NCBI RefSeq assembly: GCF_030684315.1
Contig: NC_081367.1
Location: 62,249,414-62,313,413 of the forward strand
Origin: Stegostoma tigrinum
Taxonomy: Eukaryota
Direction: 5' to 3'
DNA: 64,000 bases
Shown here: piece after piece, positions 48,591 to 58,909 of the stretch
How positions within the stretch are numbered: position 1 is the stretch's first letter
Layout: each line of letters starts with the position of its first letter
The notes under the pieces: model-generated
Told to the model about the DNA's origin: nothing
The model's input: only the letters and a program-made list of their open reading frames with translations
Database searches by the model: none
Made by a program: the position numbers and the translations under genes

Positions 48591-51500
48591 GAAGGGATAT
48601 GGACGTACATGTTGTCCATGTACGTCCATATGCTTATCCAATGATGCCTTAAATGTGCCCAAAGTTGGCGAATCTACTACCGTTTCAGGCAAAGCATTCC
48701 ATACCCTTACTACTCTCTGAGTAAAGAAACTACCTCTGACATCTGTCCTATATCATTCACCCCTCAATTTAAAGCTATGCTCTCTCATGCTCGCCGTCAT
48801 CCATCTAGGAAAAAGGCTCTCCCTATCCACCCTATCTAACCCTCTGATTATTTTATATGTTTGAATTAAGTCACCTCTCAACCTTCTTCTCACTAATGAA
48901 AACAGCCTCAAGTCCCTCAGCCTTTTCTCGTAAGACCTTCCCACCATACCAGGCAACATTCTAGTAAATCTCCTCTTCACCCTTTCCAAAGCTTCCACAT
49001 TCTTCTTATAATACGGTGAACAGAACTGTACACAATACTCCAAGTGCGGCTGCACCAGAGTTTTGTACAGCTTCACCATAACCTCTTGGTTCCGGAACTC
49101 GATCCCTCTATTAATAAAAGCTAAAACACTGTATGCCTTCTTAACAGCCCTGTTAACCTGGGTGGCAACTTTCAAGGATCTGTGTACATGGACACCAAGA
49201 TCTCTCTGCTCATCTACACTACTAAGAATCTTACCATTGGCCCTGTATTTTGCCTTCTGGTTACTCCTACCAAAGTGCATCACCTCACACTTGTCCGCAT
49301 TAAACTCCATTTGCCACCTCTCAGCCCAGCTCTGCAGCTTATCTATGTCTCTCTGCAACCTATAGCATCCTTCGTCGCTATCCACAACTCCACCGACCTT
49401 AGTGTCGTCTGCAAATTTACTGACCCATCCTTCTACGCCTTCATCCAGGTCATTTATAAAAATGACAAATAGCAGTGGACCCAACACCGACCCTTGTGGT
49501 CCACCACTAGTAACTGCTCTCCAGGATGAACATTTCCCATCAACGACCACCCTCTGTCTTCTTTCAGCAAGCCAATTTCCGATCCAAACTGCTATATCTC
49601 CCACAATTCCATTCCTCCACATTTTGTACAATAGCCTATTGTGGGGAAGCTTATCAAACGCCTTGCTGAAATCCATGTACACCACATCAACCGGTTTACT
49701 CTTATCTACCTGTTTGGTCACCTTCTCAAAGAACTCAATAAGGTTTGTGAGGCACGACCTTCCCTTCACAAAACCATGCTGACTATCCCTAATCAATTTA
49801 TTCTTTTCTAGTTGATTATAAATCCTATCCCTTATAACGTTTTCCAACACTTTACCAACAACTGAGGTAAGGCTCACTGGTCATAATTACCAGGGTTGTC
49901 TCTACTCCCCTTCTTGAACAGGGGAACCACATTTGCTATCCTCCAGTCATCTGGCACTATTCCTGTAGACAATGATGAGTTAAAGATCAATGCCAAAGGC
50001 TCGGCAATCTCCTCCTTGGCTTCCCAGAGGATCTGAGGTTAAATCCCATCCGGCCCAGAGTACTTATCTAACTACACACTCTGTAGGATTTCTAATACCT
50101 CTTCCTTGTGAAAATCAATGTGGACTTCACCAGCTTCAAAATCTCCCCTTCCCCCACCACATCCCAAAACCAGCCCAGCTCATCTCCTCCCCCCACTGCA
50201 TCCCAAAACCAGCCCAGCCTGTCTCTGCCTCCCTAAACTGTTCTTCCTCTCACCCATCCCTTCCTCCCACCCCAAGCCGCACCTCCATTTCCCTACTAAC
50301 CTCATCCCACCTCCTTGACTTGTCCATCTTCCCTGGACTGACCTATCCCCTCCCTACCTCCCCACCTATACTCTCCTCTCCACCTATCTTCTTTTCTCTC
50401 CATCTTCGGTCCACCTCCCCCTCTCTCCCGATTTATTCCAGAACCCTCTCCCCATCCCCCTCTCTGATGTAGGGTCTAGGCCCGAAACGTCAGCTTTTGT
50501 GCTCCTGAGATGCTGCTTGGCCTGCTGTGTTCATCCAGCTTCACACTTTATTAGCTGGATTTTACGTGGTGTTCCAAATGCCTTTGTTAGCACTTGGAAT
50601 TATATCTCAAATTGCAGTGAAATAAAAAGACGCCCTTCAACTATGAAGACCATTATGCAAATCTGGGTTTGAGGAGTTGAGGAAGTGTTTTTATGGTGCG
50701 CCGGCACAAAGTCGTTTGCTGTTGCTTTTGACGCTTTCGCATTGACCTTTTTTTTACGAACTACTGAGGACTCAGTTAATCGTACCGCCGCATCTATCTA
50801 AATCATTTAATTCGTCAAATACCAATGTCATTTCTTTCCCTTTCTGCTGTCGTTGTATTTTTTTAGGTTTGATTTCAGAGAATTTCTCTTTGGGCAGGCT
50901 ATCATGTTCGCAATTGAAGAAATAAACAGGAATCCTACACTGCTCCAGCACCTTACGCTGGGTTACCAGATTTATGATTCTTGTGGCATGCTGTCCTTGT
51001 CTCTTCAAGCAGCCTTAGACATTTTGAATCGGCGAAGGGATGCAGTTTCAGAGGATAACTATCGGAATGTGAATGCTATTGCTGCGGATTCTGGATCCAC
51101 ACAGTTCACCGCAGTATTAAACCTTTTCAAAATTCCCATGGTATGTTAACAACGTCATATATTACGACAGCACAGCATCGCGAAATTGCTCTCGCATTGA
51201 CCCGTGGAGCTTTTTTTTATTTTACCGCAGAGAAAGATATCTTTCAGTTCCTCGGTGACCGCATCTGTGATCAAACATGAATCTATTCCAAACCCATTTT
51301 CCAACACTTGGCTTGTAGCTTTGCATGGTTTAGCTTTCAAGAGTCTTTCCAAATAGTCATTAAATGTCTCAAGAGTTCCTGCCTCTTTCACCCTTTTAGG
51401 CATTGAGTTTCTGATACCAAAAAATGGAATCCTCAAATTCCCTCTAACGCTCCTGCTAGACCCCTGGTTAGTGAGTCCTTCTCTACGAGGAATGTTTCTG

Positions 51501-52759
51501 CCGACCTACACTTCCGGTGCCCCTCGGAACTTTGCGCACCTTTACCAGTTCCTTTTCCAGCCTTTTCTGCTCTGTCGGAAACAACCCTGTCTGATCTCAG
51601 AGATAGGAAGAACTGCCGATGCTGGAGTCTGACATAACATAATGTGGAGATGGAGGAGCACAGCAGGCCAGGGAGCATCACAGAAGCAGGAAAGCTGACG
51701 TTTCGGGTTGGGCCCCATTTCTCTTAGGAAGGATCACGACCCGAAACTTCAGCTTTCCTGCTCCTCTGATGCCGCCGGCCCCATTGTGTTCCTCCAGCTC
51801 CGCATTATGTTATCCCTATCCGATCTAATCTCCCTCCATAGCTGTATGACTCCTGCCATTTTTGTGAGTCATTTTTGTGAGTTTCATCTGCATCCGCTCT
51901 AATGCAAATGCATCCTTGTTATAGTGTGGTGAGCAAAGCTGTTAACAATACTTTTGCTGTGGTGTATCATTACGTACAACTCTATCATAATTATTTCTAT
52001 ACCTTGACTAATAAACTGCAGTTTGACAAAACTGATGTAACTTTCATCTCATTTTAAATTCACAGTAAATCAACCCAGATGAACAGTGAAAATGAGAAAT
52101 GAAATGTGACTAGATCACTGCAAAGAATGGGAGTTTCACATTACGATTTCATTCATTCACTTGACATTGTTATGGTATATAAAATAAAATGAATACCTAT
52201 GTCAATTTCTACTCGTTAACATTAACCATTGACAGTCGGCCTCCGATTTGAAATTGATGCGTTTTTGAATAAGAAAGGCAGATTTTTTTTCACTGATTTA
52301 AAAATAATTCATTGTTCACATGTCGCACTAAAGCTGTATAGTGAAGTTTTGAGGCAACTTTCAGCTGTTCTAGCTATGAAATATTCACAATAATTGCTTC
52401 CAAGTTTTGTTTTTTCCATTTTGTTCTCGTGTCCATTTGATATAGAAGCATCTTAGTGTGTATTTGAAGTTTATTATTAATTGTTAATGGTTTGCTTACC
52501 TTTGATCTTTTTCATAAATCTTCACTGTCAACAAATTTTGCCCAAAATGCTGTAAAATTGCTTCAATTATGTCATGGGTTCTTACGATTATTTTCCATGT
52601 TGATAGCTCAATTCTATACACACTCACCACCAAGCACCATATATGTTTGGATGAACGATAAGTTTTGCGGCAAAAGTGCAGCCCAGCTGATTTTTTTTAA
52701 ACCAAGATTAATTACCTATTACAGGTCCCACTACCCGAGCATCAATTGTGTTGCAAATA

Positions 52760-53175
52760 GATTGGCTTCTTGGATGGCAGGACTGACATTTGAAGAAGAC
52801 AAGATTGGCAAGTAATATGGTCACTGGTGTCGCAAAGGATGATGGGTATCTCATAGAAACCTGTAAAATTCTAACAGGATTAGACAGGGCAAATGCATAA
52901 AGATATCTCCAATGGCTGGAGAATCCAGAATGATGGCTGCGAAAGGGCAGGTCATTTGGGACTGAGATGAGGAAACATTTTTCCACCTACAGAGTGGTGA
53001 CCCGATGCGACTCTTTGCTGCAGAAAGCAGTCGAAGGCAAAAAATGAATATTCCCACGAAACAGCTAGATAAGTTCTTAAGGCCGAAGAGATGAAAGGAT
53101 AGGTGGAGAAAGGAGGAACGGGGAACTGACTTGAATGGTCAGGATGATCATACTGAATGGCAAAGCAGGCTTGAA
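52760..53175 (+). mobile_element. CR1 3' fragment
   Basis: gatggcaggactgacatttgaagaag...ggatgatgggtatctcatagaaac, CR1 3' UTR. Confidence 0.7.
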
Positions 53176-53179
53176 GGAT

Positions 53180-53495
53180 TAGATTTAGATTAGATTCCCT
53201 ACAGTGTGGAAACAGGCCCTTCGGCCCAACACGTCCACACCGCCCCTTGAAGCATCCCACCCAAACCCATCCCCCTATACCCCACACACCCCTGAACACT
53301 ACGGGCAATTTAGCATGGCCAATCCACTTAGCCTGCACATCTTTGGACTGTGAGAGGAAACGGAGCAGACGGAGGAAACCCACGCAGACACGGGGAGAAT
53401 GTGCAAAATCCGCACAGTCACCCGAGGTTGGAATTGAACCTGGGTCGCTGGCGCTGTGAGGCTGCAGTGCTAACCACTGAGCCACCGTGCCGCCC
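53180..53495 (-). mobile_element. Young full-length HE1-like V-SINE
   Basis: Reverse complement starts ggggcggcacggtggctcagtggttagcactgc (A box) with ggttcaattcc B box, V-domain and (aatct)n tail. Confidence 0.9.
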
Positions 53496-53751
53496 CTCAA
53501 CTAGTCTATTCTTGCATTTTTCCCCCTATGTTTCTAACTTACATGCTCGCTGTTACATTCGCATGTAGAGACGTTCAAACTCTCGACTACTTTTTAAGAT
53601 CTGAGAGACTTTAAGGATTTTAGTCCATGCAAGGAGGACTAATAATAACATGAATATTTGTGGACTTGCACAAGTGAATTGCACCATGATTATGACTTGA
53701 AATCAGTCTTTTACACCGCTACTATGTAGAAAAAACTACTCAAAACCGTTA

Positions 53752-53881
53752 GAGATAATGGGAACTGCAGATGCTGGAGATTCAAAGATAATAAAATGTG
53801 AGGCTGGATGAACACAGCAGGCCAAGCAGCATCTCAGGAGCACAAAAGCTGACGTTTCGGGCCTAGACCCTTCATCAGAGG
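53752..53881 (-). mobile_element. Short Penelope pLTR with a perfect hammerhead motif (53849-53878)
   Basis: Complete ~130-nt terminal unit ending right after the CTGATGA core. Confidence 0.85.
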
Positions 53882-54939
53882 GTACCACAACATGCAGAAG
53901 ATAACAGAATTTCCTTCTGAGGAGATCATGGGAATTATTTTAGTGAGACTGGCATTAACTGGAACTCGCTTCACAGTAACGGTAATCATAATTTTATGCA
54001 TTCACATCAGCAATCCCCTTTTTAAAGTCAACAATGCAGAATTAAGCTTTCCACTTCTTTTTGCTTTAGTGTTGTGTTTTCTCTGCTCAATAATGTTCAT
54101 TGGAAAAATTTCAGACTGGTCTTGCACGCTACGCCATGTAGTGTTTGGTACTACTTTTGTTCTCTGTGTTTCTTGCGGTTTGACCAAACCGTGGTTGCAA
54201 TGGTGGCCTTTAGTGCAACCCTTCCTTATAATAACATGATGAAGTGGTTTGGGCCAGTACAATAACACCTGGCCATTTTCATCCTTACATTTGTACAACG
54301 TTGAGTATGCATGGCCTGGCTAATTACATCACCATGCTATTCGTTGAAAAATGCTAATTATTTTAAAGATATTATTATCTTAGAATGTGATGTTGAGTCT
54401 GTGACAGCCTTTCCCTTGGTTCTTGGTTCTTTTGGATTTTTGTCCTGTATTTGCTTTGTGGTTGCTTTTTTAGCCCGCAGATTGCCAACCAATTTCAATG
54501 AGGCCAAATTTATTACTTTTAGCATGTTTATATTCTGTGCAGTTTGGATAACATTCATTCCTGCTTGTATGAGTTCCCCTGGCAAATACGCGGTGGCTGT
54601 TGAAGAGTTTGCCATTCTGGCATCCAGCTTTGGACTACATGTCTGCATTTTTTTTCCTAAATGTTACATTATCCTGTTAAAACCAGAAAAGAATACAAAG
54701 AAACATTTGATGCACAAAGTCATTTGAAATAAAACATGCTCCTCATTTTTCCTCTATTTAACACCTTTGTAGGCATTTTCTGTATTTTATCAGAACAACA
54801 ACAGAATTAAATTGATTGAATAGTCATATCTGGTTTCATGTCATTTGCTTATATCTCACCTTTACCAGAACCTTAACATAGTTGCATAGAATTTTGAAGC
54901 AGAATTAAGGCATTCGTCCTTTCTGGTCTGTTTATTCAT

Positions 54940-56390
54940 TCAGGCCTGAAATGTCAGCCTCCCTGCTCCTCTGATACTGCTTTGCCTGCTGTGTTCATCC
55001 AGCTCTTCACCTTATTATCTCAGATTCTCCAGCATCAAGGTGTAGAGCTAGATGAATACAGCAGGCCAAGCAGCATCAGAAGGCTTGGTGTGTGCAGTAT
55101 AGTGCTGGGACATGTGAGAGTTCAGGTCCTAAAATGATTGAACTTGATATTGAGTCCGGACGGTTGCAGGGTCCCCAAGTGAAAATAAAGTGTTGCTCTT
55201 CCAGCTTGCATCAAGCTTCACTGGAACACTGCAGCAAGCCAGCGACAGAGATGATGGCCAGGGAACAGGGTGGTGTGTTAAAGTGGCAGACAATAGGTAG
55301 CTCAGGGTCTTTTTTGTGAGCAGAATGTGGATGTTCTGCAAAGCAGTCACCCAGTCTATGCTTTGTTTCCCCAGTGTAGAGGAGACCACATTGTGAGCAG
55401 TGAATTCAGTAGACTAGACTCTGGGAAGTGCAGGTGAAGTGTTGCTTGGAAGGTATGTTTGGGCCCTTGGATAGTGGGAAGAGAGGAGGGAAATGGGCAG
55501 GTGCTGTGCCATCACCGGTTGCAGGAGAAGGAGCTGTCAGGTTGTGGGGGTGTGACTGGGGTGAAGGATAAGTAGCCAAAGTGTCCCGGAGAGAATGGTG
55601 TCTGTGGAAGGTGGACAAGGGAGGGGAGGGGAATGTGTGTTTGATGGTGGTATCTCATTGGAGGTGGCCGAAATTGTGTCTGATGATGTTCTGGATGTGG
55701 ATGCTGGTGGGAGGTTAGGCATTTGCTGCTCACAATACCTTCTCCTCTACATTGGGGAAACAAAGCTTAGACTGGGTATCCGTTTTGCAGAACATCTATG
55801 TTCTTCTCGCAAAAAAGACACTGAGCTCCCTATTGGCTGCCACTTTAATGTTCCACCTTGTTCCCTGGCCAATACCTCTGCCTCTGGCTTGGTGTAGTGT
55901 TCCAGCGAAGCTCAATGCAAGCTGGAAAAACAACACCTTATTTTCCACTTAGGGACCATGCAGCCCTCCGAACTCAGTATCGAATCCAATAGGTTTAGGG
56001 TCCAACTCTCCCATGTCCTGGTTCCCCCCACCCTACCCACCAGGCCTTCTTATCACATAGCCTGCTATTACACACTACCTATTGTTAGTCACTAACATTC
56101 ACTGTTAACAACTATTCACCCTCCTAGCCAGATCATTATTAACTCCTTCGTCTATCCAAATGCTTTTCTCTGCCTTTGGGCTCTATCCAGTCATTTACTC
56201 CCTACCCTACCCCCCTCCCTATTTTCAGCATATAAATGTACTTTTTGCTTCTACCATCAGTTCTGAGGAAGGTCACTGGACCCCAAATATTAACTTTGAT
56301 TTTTTTTTCGCAGATGCTGCTGGACCTGCTGAGCTTTTCAAACAAATTCTGTTTATTTCCTGATTTACAGCATCCACAGTTTTTTGGTTT
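54940..56390. mobile_element. Penelope-like elements with an internal inversion (minus 55080-55715, plus 55716-56390)
   Basis: GIY-YIG segment (LLYIGETK...RFAEH) on both strands; degenerate hammerhead at ~56263. Confidence 0.75.
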
Positions 56391-56399
56391 TATTTAGCT

Positions 56400-58800
56400 T
56401 AACATTTGTGATTGGTAAGTTAGTTGAGAAGATTCTGATGAATAAGATATATATGCAGATAGAATGACGGGGTTTGATTATGTATAGTCAGCATGGTTTC
56501 GTGTATGAGAGATCATGCCTCACAAATTTGTTAGAGTTCTTTAATGAAGTGACCAGAATGTTTGATGAGGGCAGGGCAGTTGACGTAGACTATGGGTTTC
56601 ATTGAGGCCTTTGATAAGGTTCTACATGGTAGGCTGTTCTGGAAGGTTAGATTGCATGGAATCCAGGGAGAGCAGGCAAATTGGATACACAAGTGGTTAG
56701 ATGGTAGGAAACAGACAGTAATAGTGGAAGGATGTCTGTTGTACTGGAGGCCTGTGACTAGTGGGTGTGCCTCAGGGGTCAGTGCTGGGCACATTGCTAT
56801 TTGTTATCTATATTAATGATTTGGATGAGAATGTACAAGGCATGATTCGTAAGTTTGTAGCTGACACTAAAATAGGCTGTGTCATGGAGAGTGAGGAAGA
56901 TTATCAGAAATCCAACAGGATCATAATCATTTGCATAAGTGGGCTGAGAAAGGGCAAAATAAGTGTGAAATGTTCCAGTTTGGAAAGTGAAGTCAATGTA
57001 GAAGTTTCTTGGTGAATGGTGGGCCCTTAAGGAGTGTAGTGGAACAAAGAGACATAAGAGTTCAGATGCACAGTTCTCTGAAGTTGGAGTCATAGGTACA
57101 AAGGGTAATGAAGAAAGTTTTGGCACACTGGTCTTCTTCGGTCAGGGTATTGAGTACAGAAGTTGGGAAGCTATGTTGCAGTTGTGTGGGACATTGGTGA
57201 GGCTGCACTTGATGTATTGTGTTCAGTTTTAGTCATCTTCCTATCGAAAGGCTGTTATTAAGCTTTAACAGTTCAGAAGAAATTTACAAGGATGTTGGAA
57301 GTACTCAAGGGGGTAAGTTAGAGAAAGAGGTTGGACAAGCTAGGGCATTTTTCTTTCAAGCATAGCAAGACTGTGGGGTAATCCTATAGAAGTGTATAAG
57401 ATCTTGAGCGACATGGATAGGGTGAATGCACTCAGACTTTTTCTCAGGGTTGGAGAATCGAGAACAAGATGACATCAGTTTAAGGTAAGAGGGGGAAAAA
57501 TACATGGGAACGTGAAGGCCAACATTTTAGCATTTAGGGTGGTGTGCATATGGAATGAATGGATGTTGGTGAGGTGGGTTCAAAAAAACATTTAAAAGGC
57601 ATTTAGATGAAAACTTGGATAGGGAAGGCTTCAAAAGATACGGGCCAAGTGAAGGGAAACAAGGTTAGTGAAAATGGACATTTTGTTGGCATGGATCAGT
57701 TTGGGCCACGTCATGGAGAATGACCAGGAGACGTGGAGAGTTCCTCAAGAAAGTAAACCTTTATTTGCAAACAAAGGCTGTGGCAATCAGAAAGTGATTT
57801 TTCTGATCGCCCCTGAATCCTGGGGCCCGTCATTCTTTATACTTTTTAGTTATCATACTTTCTTCAAAGATTATCAGCATAACCAGTTGTGTTAGCTCAT
57901 GTTATCTCTCCAAAGCTATGCAGCACACTAATTATGTTAGCTCATGTTATCTCTCTAAAGCTACTAGTCTTCTGAATCACTTTCTGCTACAACAGTTCTC
58001 TACTTTCTGCCACAGTGGTTTTCTGCTTTCTAGGCTTAACCTATTCCATCCTGATTATCTCCTGCCACTATGGTCTTTTATTTTAAACTTAACCTATTAC
58101 ATTATGATTATTTTCTGCCACAATGGTCTTCTACTTTGTACCTAATCTATAAGACAGTTACTAAGTCCAATGATATTAACTGATAAACAACTTATGTCAC
58201 GACACTTAAATCTATTTTTATGTTACGACAGAGAGCTACTGCAACTGCATTTGAAGATCAGTTAGAGCGGTTAGTACTCCTCTATCTTATCAGGTTACTG
58301 CTGTATTCTGAAAGGTGCATTGTCTACTATCTTCCTTTGCAGCAGTCTGAGGGTTAGTGATTTATGTAGCTCTAGCAGAATTAATAAAGTTCGCAGCCTA
58401 GAAGCCATTTTGTTGCTAACTTGCATCGAGAAGCCATCTTGTGCCTGTATCCAAGTTTCTTATTTATTACTACATCTGCCAAAATGGTCCTTCACCTCGG
58501 GTTGACCCTATTACATCATGCTAGTCCTTACTTCTATGTTACATGCTTTAATTAACCCAATTAAGCTGCCATTAATAGCTAAACTAGGTGTCCTCCCATT
58601 GATTTACTCTCCTTGATCCATGCTCAAGCACTTCATTCTGTTAAGGTACAGCATTCTATTGATTATTGTAACACTCCATAAATCAGTCCATCATCCTGCT
58701 GAGCATTGCCAGATTTAAACTTTTGTCTGCCCCTATAATTTTAATTTCCATCAGCCGAAGGGCCTATGTCTCCATGCACTAGGACATGATGATTCTATGA
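56400..58800 (+). mobile_element. Degenerate CR1 LINE whose 3' tail is split by a solo LTR
   Basis: QHGF, KAFDKV, GVPQGSVLG, KFVAD; tail ttgggcc|...|gccgaagggcct. Confidence 0.85.
57709..58753 (-). mobile_element. Solo LTR (~1045 bp), ERV1-like
   Basis: Plus-strand termini (C/T)GTCA...ATCA; 4-bp TSD GCCA/GCCG; minus-strand AATAAA at 57760-57765 and a TATA-like box at ~57836-57842; internal direct repeat gttagctcatgttatctctc. Confidence 0.7.
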
Positions 58801-58909
58801 GAGAGTGTCTCAATGTGGTGAATGACTTCAACCTGTTTCTGTGATTTCATGTGAATTCTTTCAATGTTATATTTGTGATTGCATGAAATACAACTTCAAT
58901 TTCTTTGAT

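Larger units (their letters stand above)
47138..50113 (-). mobile_element. CR1 LINE nested in the Penelope element; 374-aa RT ORF 48753-49877
   Basis: QHGFVKGRSCLTNL, YMDFSKAFD, PQGSVLGPLLF, KFADD; (TTCTATG)n tail at 47138; ATCA duplicated at both ends. Confidence 0.92.
46768..50550 (+). mobile_element. Outer Penelope-like element (GIY-YIG + pLTR), split by a CR1 insertion
   Basis: TSD TTAGCTGG at 46760-46767 and 50551-50558; halves 46768-47137 and 50114-50550 join seamlessly (cccaatggtatca|atgtggacttc). Confidence 0.88.
46547..54727 (+). pseudogene. V2R/OlfC pseudogene D (paralog of C)
   Basis: Frameshifted exon 1 ~46547-46758; 3.8 kb nested TE next to the intron 1 donor; open exon 2 50867-51140; exons 3-5 absent; 5'-truncated exon 6 ~53895-54727 with a frameshift and TAA at 54263. 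Confidence 0.88.
7237..54770 (+). repeat. Tandem segmental duplication: unit 1 ~7237-29716, unit 2 ~29717-54770
   Basis: Colinear homology of flanks, introns, exons and old TEs, e.g. 7243 ctcaactaaagatcttaaattga = 29721; 17650-19095 vs 42960-44430; 29660-29710 vs 54720-54770. Confidence 0.9.

Noticed and set aside
53420-53495. tRNA-like A/B boxes as tRNA genes
   Set aside because: They are SINE heads followed by the V-domain and LINE-derived tail, with no complete cloverleaf
52952-53500. 182-aa ORF (and similar ORFs at 411-971 and 5235-5585)
   Set aside because: Spurious translation of HE1-like SINE and CR1 sequence
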